Shown in pieces: positions 1-7,778 of a stretch of 26,584 nucleotides of DNA; position 1 is the first letter of the stretch, and every line of letters starts with the position of its first letter. A model generated the notes under the pieces. It was given only the letters and a program-made list of their open reading frames with translations, did not search any database and was not told the DNA's origin. A program made the position numbers and the translations under genes. Source of the stretch: Candidatus Kerfeldbacteria bacterium (GTDB taxonomy: Bacteria; Patescibacteriota; Patescibacteriia; UBA9570); assembly GCA_003512175.1 (NCBI GenBank), contig DOSP01000008.1, forward strand, positions 3,001 to 29,584. The letters are read 5' to 3'.

Positions 1-59
1 TTTGCACAAAAAAATACTACCCCACCAAACAGCAGCAGGCCAATAATAATTTTTTTCAT
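1..59 (-). CDS. 5' fragment of an exported or membrane protein (runs off the window)
   Basis: Manual translation from ATG at 59 gives MKKIIIGLLLFGGVVFFCA..., a basic N-terminus plus hydrophobic stretch. TGCTATAAT lies upstream (-10 at 93-98). Confidence 0.7.
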   Translation of the reverse strand, partial: MKKIIIGLLLFGGVVFFCA

Positions 60-144
60 ATTAATTTATAACCCAATTAAACTCTTTTCTCAATTATAGC
101 AATTGGGTCAAGCCTAAGCAATTTTCATAAAACTGTGGCGTTAA

Positions 145-990
145 CTAATCCAATTTTATTTCAACAATATAAAAATCTGTTTTGTTACGCCCGGCCGCAA
201 ATACTAACACACCGTTATCATAGAGTTTTGGTAATAATCCAAAATCGGCACAGCAAGCGGTAGTATGAATACCGGTAAAGCTATCACCAATAGGTTGGCC
301 ATCAAAATAAACATAGGCTAAGTCATCTTTTTTAGTAAAGAAACCAAGTTTATTATTCCAGGCAAAAGGTTTAGTTGTATTTTTTATTCCATATTTTTCA
401 TTAATATATTCACCGGCATAATACAAATCTGTAGTAAAATCCTGTTCATTTATTTTACCCTCTACCAAAAAACATTCATCAAAAGTAAAGGCTAATTGAT
501 TATTGATATTATAAATTGATAAGTTAAATTCAGTTCTTTTATTTGGAAAACAGAAATGTCTTTCAAATAATTTATTATCATTTTCATAAATTGCATAATC
601 ATAATGATCCCACTGGTCTTCAGTTCCATCAAAAGTGTATTGGTTTTCACCAATCTGATATACCATAAAACTATTATAATAATCACCATCAATTTGAGGA
701 GTAAGATCTTTTAACTCATTTGTTAAATCAATCTCTTTAGCTCCATAACTTAAAGACGCTGGATCTTGTTGAATTTTTTCTAAAGCTAATTTGGATTCAT
801 TGTCAAGCGTATCACCGGTCACTGAATAGCGGTATTCTTTATAATTATCCTTATCGGTCGTCAATTCATAATTGATAATTGGATCATAAGCAACATCCTT
901 TTGATTATTTTTTTGACTATTAATATATACAAGGTATATACCAAGGCTAATGACAATTAAACAAAAGATAGCCAATAAATACTTTTTCAT
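145..990 (-). CDS. Hypothetical N-terminally anchored or exported protein with a vicinal Cys-Cys motif
   Basis: ORF 145..1035. Likely start is ATG 990 (MKKYLLAIFCLIVISLGIYLVY, signal anchor), 7 nt after TGCTACAGT. Beta-rich body with HTTACC near the C-terminus. Confidence 0.8.
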   Translation of the reverse strand: MKKYLLAIFCLIVISLGIYLVYINSQKNNQKDVAYDPIINYELTTDKDNYKEYRYSVTGDTLDNESKLALEKIQQDPASLSYGAKEIDLTNELKDLTPQIDGDYYNSFMVYQIGENQYTFDGTEDQWDHYDYAIYENDNKLFERHFCFPNKRTEFNLSIYNINNQLAFTFDECFLVEGKINEQDFTTDLYYAGEYINEKYGIKNTTKPFAWNNKLGFFTKKDDLAYVYFDGQPIGDSFTGIHTTACCADFGLLPKLYDNGVLVFAAGRNKTDFYIVEIKLD

Positions 991-1058
991 AACACGCACT
1001 GTAGCACAAGACATTACTTTATGCCACGCAATCAAACGCCAGTGGTAATTGTAAAAAA

Positions 1059-1955
1059 CTATATAATAGCGATTAATTTATTTTGTTTACGTTCTACATA
1101 ACGTTTTAGCATAGTATTTACAATTGGAAACGCAATTGATTTAACGTCTTTCATACTCTGTAAGGTAATAATACTGAGTATAATAGATAAATCATTTTGT
1201 TTATTATCATTAAATTTAAATAACCAATCAACAAAACATTGGTAATGATAAACATCGTCTAAATATTCTTTGTATTGTTTTAGATAAATCGCCATGATTT
1301 TTCGACGTTCAGCTCGGCTGAGATTGGTTTGTTTATTCAAGGCTTTTTCCACCCGTTTTATTTTTTGCGGCCAATAATTAAGGGATAAACCCTTAGCACC
1401 TAAGATAAGATTGTGGTTAGCGGCAAAAGCAAAAAATTCGGTACGGCTTTCTTCGTGCATACGCAAATTCATTTTTTTGGCATACCATTGATGTTTCGCT
1501 AGATTATCTTTATAGTGTTGAACAATATATTCGATTTTATACAAAACGGTTTTATCCAAAGAATAGTATTTATCAAAAATAACATGATGTAATTCATGGT
1601 TAAACGTTCTTTTTAGATGGGGATTACGTTTAGTCATTATAATAAGAGAAAAACCATCTAAATTGACCGTAGTACCATTGGTGGAAGTTCCAAAAACCGC
1701 TTGATAATCTTTATCATGCAAGAAGAAAACAATGCAAAGCGGCAAGTATTTAGCTTCTATTGGGTATCTTAATTTGTATGTATAAAAATGGTCAAAAAGC
1801 TTAGCGTAGTTTTTACCATACTGTTTATAAAACGCATAAATTTTAGGTGAGGAGCGGAAAGTTGTAGCTTTGCTCAAACTTTTAATTTTCTGAGCATGGT
1901 GGTTCAGTCGGCGGCGAGTTAAGTGTTGTTTGCGTAGAAAAGGGTTAAGATCCAT
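1059..1955 (-). CDS. Hypothetical basic protein with an HExxH zinc-metallopeptidase-like motif
   Basis: Motif FNHELHH with a downstream ESRTEFFA as candidate third ligand. ATG 1955 (MDLNPF) overlaps the stop of the upstream gene. Confidence 0.65.
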   Translation of the reverse strand: MDLNPFLRKQHLTRRRLNHHAQKIKSLSKATTFRSSPKIYAFYKQYGKNYAKLFDHFYTYKLRYPIEAKYLPLCIVFFLHDKDYQAVFGTSTNGTTVNLDGFSLIIMTKRNPHLKRTFNHELHHVIFDKYYSLDKTVLYKIEYIVQHYKDNLAKHQWYAKKMNLRMHEESRTEFFAFAANHNLILGAKGLSLNYWPQKIKRVEKALNKQTNLSRAERRKIMAIYLKQYKEYLDDVYHYQCFVDWLFKFNDNKQNDLSIILSIITLQSMKDVKSIAFPIVNTMLKRYVERKQNKLIAII

Positions 1956-2916
1956 AATATTTTTTAAATAACCGACCAATACTCAAATTAATCCAGTAGG
2001 ACATTTCTTTTTTATCACCTTTAAGGATATGCAGTTTCCAGGTGCCATTTTTATTTTGGTGTTTAACAAACCAATCTAACCCCTCTTTTATTTTTGGCTG
2101 GTCAGCGGAAAAGCCCAAATAAGCCATAGGGTCTAAAACAGAAATAAGATCGGTGTAACAAAATGGGAAGGAAAATCCAGTCCAAAAATTTGTCGAAGCG
2201 CGATCCGGATAGACATCTCTTTTAAATAACTTAGACAAAACTAATTCCGCCGCATTATGAACGGAGGAGCTGTTTTGATAATCCGGATGATAAGCAAAAG
2301 CCCGTAGTACTACACCGGTAACCATATAAGAAAAGGGGCGAGTTATATCTGGGGCTACTGGTTGAGCAGATTTTTTCCATTTACCAATTTGCATATTGCG
2401 GGTGCGCGCTGGAATCGCCCAACCACCATCAGTTTGCCGGATAGATAATAGCCACTGCAACCCCTTCAACACTTGAGGATCATTTATATAACCAGTCTTA
2501 ATCAATAATTCCAAAAAACCAGCCGTGTAATTTGGAGAATACTGATTCCAATATATGCCACGAATATCTCCGGTCGGTGATTGGTGGGCCAATATAAATT
2601 TTTTAGCGCGCTGAATAGCGGGGTGCCGTTTATCAAAACCAAATTGCTCTACTAAAAAACCAACTTGGCGAAAAGTTTCGTATAAATTATATAAATTGGC
2701 ATCTCGAATGGCTGGCTTAGGATTAAGATATTTCCATGAGCCATCTGCTTGTTGCTTATTTAATATTTTTTGCGCTGCCGGTAGCTGCCAGAGGATTTTA
2801 CTAGCTAGTGTTTTTTCATTTAGCAGATCTTTTTTGGTAAAATAAACAATCGGTTCGTAGCCACATTTTAGTAGGGGCTCGATTGGATCGTAGTTGAGAT
2901 GATTTTTCCAGTCCAT
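1945..2916 (-). CDS. Prenyltransferase/squalene-oxidase (QW) repeat protein, (alpha/alpha)6 barrel
   Basis: QW-type repeats QQADGSW, HQSPTG, RQTDGGW and HQNKNGTW. About 323 aa with no DxDD cyclase motif. Likely start ATG 2916 (MDWKN). Confidence 0.8.
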   Translation of the reverse strand: MDWKNHLNYDPIEPLLKCGYEPIVYFTKKDLLNEKTLASKILWQLPAAQKILNKQQADGSWKYLNPKPAIRDANLYNLYETFRQVGFLVEQFGFDKRHPAIQRAKKFILAHQSPTGDIRGIYWNQYSPNYTAGFLELLIKTGYINDPQVLKGLQWLLSIRQTDGGWAIPARTRNMQIGKWKKSAQPVAPDITRPFSYMVTGVVLRAFAYHPDYQNSSSVHNAAELVLSKLFKRDVYPDRASTNFWTGFSFPFCYTDLISVLDPMAYLGFSADQPKIKEGLDWFVKHQNKNGTWKLHILKGDKKEMSYWINLSIGRLFKKYYGS

Positions 2917-2956
2917 AATATTATATATGCAGAGCACTGGCGGCTGGCATATCTAA

Positions 2957-3361
2957 TTACGTTGTTGCTTTCGGTTTAATTCTCTTAAACATCGTGGAAT
3001 GTCTATTGGAATATCCCAACTTCTCATAAAAAGCTAACGCATCTTTATTAAAGAAAGAGGAAGTTAGCTTAATATCAAACAACTTATGATTGATAAAGAA
3101 ATCTTCAACTGCCGCCATTAACTTTGCCCCAATACTTTTACCTCTTTCTTTTTCAGCTACACACAATTCTTTAATAGAACCATATTGAGTTATTTTAGTA
3201 TCAAAATAAGCTTCTTTTTCAATACTATAAGTGATGAATCCAACAATTATATTTTCATTTTTGGCAATCAGTATTTTTGGATTGTCATGGTTAATACTTT
3301 CGTGCAGATAGTCTCGGAATTTCTCACTTAAATCAACAGAATTGTTTACATAATAATCCAA
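2957..3361 (-). pseudogene. GNAT-family N-acetyltransferase, probably 5'-truncated
   Basis: GNAT motifs are present (IKELCVAEKERGKSIGAKLM; NKDALAFYEKLGY). The only start is a TTG two codons after an in-frame TAG, inside abiEii-derived DNA, and the usual first strand and helix appear absent. Confidence 0.65.
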
Positions 3362-3516
3362 TTGCTATATAGCGGATGATGATAAATAAAATTGAGTACA
3401 TAATACTGGAGCACTTCCTTCGCCGCATTGCGCCGTACTTCAACTCCAACTCCTTCATTAGATACGGTTATTTCTTCTAATTTTTTTTTGAGGGTAATAA
3501 GGATTTGATTATTCAT
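3346..3516 (-). pseudogene. abiEii: Truncated AbiEii-type nucleotidyltransferase toxin (first 56 aa only)
   Basis: Manual translation: MNNQILITLKKKLEEITVSNEGVGVEVRRNAAKEVLQYYVLNFIYHHPLYSNWIIM*. It overlaps the abiEi stop by 8 nt. The KExLQxxxL helix fits AbiEii N-termini, and the ORF stops just before the expected GG(S/T)ALR motif. Confidence 0.8.
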
Positions 3517-4144
3517 ATGGAACATATTTCTTTACCATTGAATAAAATTTTTCGCGCTCTGCCTTATCCATTTCTTCCATATCTATTCGCAGCTCACTAA
3601 GCAAAGGATCAATGTCACTAAATTTTACACTTTTAAACTGTCTGGTTTTAAAATACAACAAATCAAAAAGGGCTTTGGCGGGTGTTGCAATAAAGAAGTC
3701 AAAATCATCTTTAATTAGATAAAAATCAGAAAACATTTCTGCTTTCACTGACTGATAAGAAAAAGTGCCTATTTTTGTTCTATAATCTCTGGTAACCTTG
3801 GTTGTTACTGAGGTAATTGTATGTATCACTTCTGTGGCGAGATTGTGATACTGGAGTGCCGTCCACAAACTTATATACGACGGTTTACGCAAAATATTGG
3901 CTAAATAAAACAAATAAGCTGTACTACCTTTGTGTTTGTTATAAAAGTCTGTAGTTACGTAGACGCCTCTTTTAAAAGGGATTATTTCATTGTTTATTAA
4001 AAATCGACTGATATATGTGTCAATGGTGCTTTTTTTAAGATTATAATTTTTTTCATTTCTGCTCAACTGAAAAATATATTCTTTGCCGAAACAGGGTAAA
4101 TTCTTTAATTCTTCAAGTAGATTGCTTTTAGCTTTATATTTCAT
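3509..4144 (-). CDS. abiEi: Type IV toxin-antitoxin AbiEi-family antitoxin / transcriptional regulator
   Basis: wHTH-like N-terminus ending IIPFKRGVY. C-domain motifs PSYISLWTALQYHNL, ITSVT and IATPAKALFDLLY. Confidence 0.88.
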   Translation of the reverse strand: MKYKAKSNLLEELKNLPCFGKEYIFQLSRNEKNYNLKKSTIDTYISRFLINNEIIPFKRGVYVTTDFYNKHKGSTAYLFYLANILRKPSYISLWTALQYHNLATEVIHTITSVTTKVTRDYRTKIGTFSYQSVKAEMFSDFYLIKDDFDFFIATPAKALFDLLYFKTRQFKSVKFSDIDPLLSELRIDMEEMDKAEREKFYSMVKKYVPYE

Positions 4145-4149
4145 ATATA

Positions 4150-4185
4150 TGACAATATTGTATCATAACTGAAATAACATGTCAA
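4150..4185 (-). promoter_or_regulatory. Sigma70 promoter of the abiE operon with overlapping inverted repeats
   Basis: Minus strand: TTGACA (4180-4185), 17 nt, TACAAT (4157-4162). Palindrome ACAATATTGT at 4152-4161 and TGACA/TGTCA inverted pair at 4150 and 4180. Confidence 0.8.
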
Positions 4186-4291
4186 AGCGTATTGACTTAT
4201 TAACAAATTAACCTGCTAATCTACACAATTTTTCCGGGGACCTGAAAGTAAACCTGTTGCCATATAGCCAAATCTGATATACTTCCAGGAT

Positions 4292-5191
4292 ATGGAGGTA
4301 TCAAAACTACTACGCAATAATCGCCTAGCCCAAGCGTTAATGGGCATATCGATTACCGAATTTAACACCATACTGCCCGTCTTTTCGGAAGCCTTGTATA
4401 CCGAAATGAAGTTGGTGAAGACCAAACGGAAGCGAGCGTTCGGGGGTGGAAAGAAAGGAGCGTTAAAAACACCGGAAGAGAAGCTGGCATTTATCTTAAT
4501 ATTTTTGAAATGTTACCCCACCTTTGATGTGTTGGGATTTATTACCAATCGCGATCGGACACGAGCCTGTCGTTCGGTGCATTTTCTCTTGAAAGTGATG
4601 GAGCGAGCCTTACAAAAGCAGCTGGTGTTGCCACAACGTAAGATTCGTTCTGTAGAAGAGTTTTTTTCACACTTTCCTGAAGCCAAGGATGTGTTTGTGG
4701 ATGGTACCGAACGCAGAGTGGAGAAACCAAAGAACCTGAAGAAACGGAAAAAGTTGTATTCTGGCAAGAAAAAAGCCACCACCAGAAAAACCCTGGTGGT
4801 AACAGACGAACACAAACGTATTCTCATCATGCCTCCGACCAAATCTGGTCGACGCCATGACAAACGTGTCCTCGACAAACAACAGCTTGTGGCAATGATT
4901 CCTGATGACGTGGCGTTGTGGGGCGATACCGCCTTTCGCGGCTGTGAGCGACTCCATCCGAATATGTGTATGCCAAAAAAACGCACCAAGCTGCACCCGT
5001 TAACTGAAGAAGACAAGCAACACAATCGACTGATTTCCAGTATTCGTATCCTGGTGGAACATGCGTTAGCTGGCCTGAAACGCTTCAGAGCGGCCAGTGA
5101 TATCTACCGGCACAAATTAGCCAATGCGGATGATCGTTTCATGCTGATCTCGGCTGGATTGTGGAATTTCCATATTCAACAAACCATCTAA
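4292..5191 (+). CDS. IS5-family DDE transposase (HTH_Tnp_4 + DDE_Tnp_4 type)
   Basis: Motifs FVDGTE, YSGKKK, GRRHD, WGDTAF and RILVEHALAGLKRF; 299 aa, uninterrupted. Confidence 0.93.
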   Translation: MEVSKLLRNNRLAQALMGISITEFNTILPVFSEALYTEMKLVKTKRKRAFGGGKKGALKTPEEKLAFILIFLKCYPTFDVLGFITNRDRTRACRSVHFLLKVMERALQKQLVLPQRKIRSVEEFFSHFPEAKDVFVDGTERRVEKPKNLKKRKKLYSGKKKATTRKTLVVTDEHKRILIMPPTKSGRRHDKRVLDKQQLVAMIPDDVALWGDTAFRGCERLHPNMCMPKKRTKLHPLTEEDKQHNRLISSIRILVEHALAGLKRFRAASDIYRHKLANADDRFMLISAGLWNFHIQQTI

Positions 5192-5192
5192 C

Positions 5193-5222
5193 CAGAACCT
5201 TCGGTTCTGTTCGGGTTGTTTG
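5193..5222 (+). terminator. Hairpin after the transposase stop, possible intrinsic terminator
   Basis: CAGAACC-TTC-GGTTCTG at 5193-5209, followed by a T/G-rich tract with no clean U run. Confidence 0.4.
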
Positions 5223-5248
5223 TGGAATAGATTAAATGGCAACAGGTC

Positions 5249-5926
5249 TAATCCATAAATGGATCGATTCTCCTTTTTGTTCGAAGCTTCAATCCTTGGA
5301 TACTCACCTTGGGGTAGCCAGATTTTTTGGAAGGTGGTCTGAGTGGAGAGCACCATTTCATCTTCGCAGAGGATCACTGTGTGCGGTTCGACCCAAGCCT
5401 TTTTTACTAGTGGCGTGGCCATTTTTTGCCACTTTTTTACTTCTGCTTCGTCTCGTTTTTGGTAGACCCGACCTGGTTTGTGAAAAGTAAATTTCGATTG
5501 GCGAAAGATGAGATACAGCGATGTTTTAGATTTGTAGGTCACATCGTATTGACGTCGAATATACTCGCCTAAGATGCCGGTAGTCCAATAATCGTTTTTT
5601 TCAAAGTACGGGTCGCATGCGCCTGGTGTCTTCCTAAAAACGGCCGCAATAATTTCATTTCTCTGTATTTTCGTTAATAATTCTTTAGGATTTGGCTTGT
5701 TTTTGTCCGCAATGACTGTTAAACCTTTTTTCAAATACTGTCGTCGGAGGTTAAACACCTGGGATCGTCCCAAACCCGTGAGTGCAAAAATATCTGTCAG
5801 CTTAATTTCTTTATCCACTAAAATAACCGCTTGAGCCCGCTTAACTTCACGGCTCGTGTGTGCATTGAGTAGGATAAAGTCACGTAGTTCTTTTTCTTGT
5901 TTTGGCTTTAACTTAGGGCTTTTCAC
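5249..5926 (-). pseudogene. IS630-family transposase truncated by the IS5 element
   Basis: HTH regions (RAQAVIL; WTTGILGEYIRRQYDVTY; FTFHKP) and first catalytic Asp (CEDEM) are present. After RSIYGL the frame enters the IS5 repeat, and the second Asp and the Glu are absent. Confidence 0.88.
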
Positions 5927-5975
5927 TCCTTAAGTATACCACCTCTCAGTCCGATTTTGGAGTGTGATGTCTATA
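5249..5975 (-). mobile_element. IS630-family element remnant (left end plus 5' part of the transposase)
   Basis: Putative left end TATAGACATCACACTCC on the minus strand from 5975, then TGGTATACT and the GTG start. No matching right inverted repeat was found beyond the IS5 element. Confidence 0.7.
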
Positions 5976-5984
5976 GGTCCTAAA

Positions 5985-6380
5985 ATGCTTTCCAAGATAT
6001 TGCGATTCTGGATTCAAAATATTCATCGTTATGGAGAAGGCTATATGGCAGACACTGATGAGCATCAATTTTCAGAAAGTTTTATTAAACCATTTTGGCT
6101 GTTAGCTCATTTAGATAAAGCCATGGGAGTAAGTACACATGTGGCTAATGCCTACATCGCTGAATTGAAGGTTCGCGGACAGTTACCGTCGCACTTGCAA
6201 GATTATGAAGACGCTGCTCAATATTTATCAGATTTAACTACTAATGTTCAGTTTAGATTCAGATGCGCACCGATTCAACAATTCGCCATGGAAGAGGAGT
6301 GGTTAACAATGAATGATTTGCCAAAATTTGAAAGTAATAAGGGTAAAACTACTAGAATAAGCGAGCGGGACTGGCAATAA
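5985..6380 (+). CDS. Hypothetical protein, possibly the 3' remnant of a gene cut by IS630
   Basis: The frame is open from inside the IS630 end. Candidate ATGs are 5985 and 6046 (the latter after GGAG). No recognisable motif. Confidence 0.45.
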   Translation: MLSKILRFWIQNIHRYGEGYMADTDEHQFSESFIKPFWLLAHLDKAMGVSTHVANAYIAELKVRGQLPSHLQDYEDAAQYLSDLTTNVQFRFRCAPIQQFAMEEEWLTMNDLPKFESNKGKTTRISERDWQ

Positions 6381-6405
6381 TAGAAATACACTAAGCTGAA
6401 ATGGT

Positions 6406-7620
6406 TCAGTTTATCACCAGTTCATAATCACTCACCTGCAATCTACCCAGCACCTCTTTCCCTTCTGCAAAATCCATTAAGCGAGGCTGAAAATCATCAT
6501 CAATCTTAATCGGCTTGAATTCAATCTTTTTGGCCTGATCATTCTCCCAGGTTACTTTCACCACCGCACCTAATTGTGTTGGCCACGACCAATCTTGATC
6601 AAAAATCAAATTACCCAGCGAGTAAAAAATGTACTTGCCATTGTATTCCTCCATCCGTTGGACTACATGCGGATGATGGCCAATCACTAGATCGGCGCCG
6701 TAATCAATAGCCAGGTGGGCAAAATTTGACTGCGAGCTACTGATGGTTTCAGTATATTCCGCGCCGTTGTGCATTGAGACAATAATCACATCGGCACCGA
6801 GGTTCTGCACCTCTTGAAGATCAGCAATTAGTTTATCGATATCGAGATTGAGATCATACGAATAGCACAAAAAGGCAAACTGCAACCCATTCACCTCCCG
6901 AATATCCCAGTGTTCCAGGCAATAGGCAATTCTGTTATCAGCCAAATACTGTTTAGTATAATCCACTCCGGCTTGACCGGCGTTATACACATGGTTATTG
7001 GCCAATGACACAATATCAATACCGGCTAATTGCAATCCCTCCATCATTTGTGGATTCACCTTAAATGTCATGGAGTCATCCGCTACATCCCATGGCCCAT
7101 ATTCCTGAAACGGCGCCTCCAAGTTCACAAAGGCCAAGTCGTTCCGTGTGAATTCGTCAGCAATGTTGACGAAGGGCGCAGCCATATCGCCGGTCTGTTC
7201 CGTGGCTCGAGCCACATAGCGCGACAACATGACATCACCGGCAAAAATCGTATTAGTTATAACCGGCGGTTTGGCTGTAGTGGTGAATGATTGAGCAATC
7301 GACCACTTGCCTGTAACATGAGAGGACTGAACGGCACGCACTTTAATGTAATATTTGGTTTCTGGATACAAATATGTGAGCACTATTGATGTTTGTTGTG
7401 TGCGACGTTTGGCTAACGTATTCCCAGATGCATCCTTTAACCATACACGATACCGCAGATTCGAACCAGCTGGCGGCGTCCACTGTACCGTCACCTGATC
7501 ATGGGTAATGTCTGTGAAACTGACATTCCGAATTTTTTTAATGATAGATACATCGTCCGCCATTAACGCCGCTGGCAAAACTATGCCCAATATAATAAGT
7601 GCTCTACCATATTTTTTCAT
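6406..7620 (-). CDS. Secreted CapA/PGA_cap-family metallophosphoesterase-fold protein with an N-terminal FN3 domain
   Basis: Signal peptide MKKYGRALIILGIVLPAALMA. FN3 pattern (VTVQW...YRV...LYPETKYYIKVRAV...WS). CapA motifs AGDVML, NLEAP, SLANNH, MHNGAEY, GHHPHVVQ and YSLGNLIFDQ. Confidence 0.9.
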   Translation of the reverse strand: MKKYGRALIILGIVLPAALMADDVSIIKKIRNVSFTDITHDQVTVQWTPPAGSNLRYRVWLKDASGNTLAKRRTQQTSIVLTYLYPETKYYIKVRAVQSSHVTGKWSIAQSFTTTAKPPVITNTIFAGDVMLSRYVARATEQTGDMAAPFVNIADEFTRNDLAFVNLEAPFQEYGPWDVADDSMTFKVNPQMMEGLQLAGIDIVSLANNHVYNAGQAGVDYTKQYLADNRIAYCLEHWDIREVNGLQFAFLCYSYDLNLDIDKLIADLQEVQNLGADVIIVSMHNGAEYTETISSSQSNFAHLAIDYGADLVIGHHPHVVQRMEEYNGKYIFYSLGNLIFDQDWSWPTQLGAVVKVTWENDQAKKIEFKPIKIDDDFQPRLMDFAEGKEVLGRLQVSDYELVIN

Positions 7621-7778
7621 ACAGTCACTATACCAATAAAGCGGAAAACTGCCTATCAACATTTGGAGATCATCTTACAAATGGCTCCATTTGGGCCAAG
7701 GGGAAAATGACTGGTACAGAATAGGCTGCTATGGCAGATATGCTATACTACTTAGTATCATTAGTCATAAATAAACCT

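Larger units (their letters stand above)
4251..5248 (+). mobile_element. Complete IS5-family (ISL2-group-like) insertion sequence, 998 bp
   Basis: Terminal inverted repeats AACCTGTTGCCAT (4251) and ATGGCAACAGGTC (ends 5248), 12/13 match. TA on both flanks (4249-4250, 5249-5250). Single transposase ORF. Confidence 0.88.

Noticed and set aside
71..108. 8-bp inverted repeat ACCCAATT...AATTGGGT around a -10 box
   Set aside because: It could be an operator, but it is a single short instance in AT-rich DNA with no supporting regulator.
1945..2916. Squalene-hopene cyclase
   Set aside because: It is about half the expected length and has no DxDD catalytic motif.
3361..3420. Stop-codon readthrough or recoding to extend the GNAT upstream through TAG
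   Set aside because: The upstream frame (APVLCTQFYLSSSAI*) is not GNAT-like, and those bases encode the AbiEii N-terminus in another frame.
4216..4248. CTAATCTACACAATTTTTCCGGGGACCTG as the end of a third IS
   Set aside because: It looks vaguely like an IS terminus, but no partner repeat or transposase is in the window.
5117..5248. C-terminal ~43 aa of the 269-aa IS630 ORF
   Set aside because: This is read-through into the antisense strand of the IS5 element, not transposase sequence.
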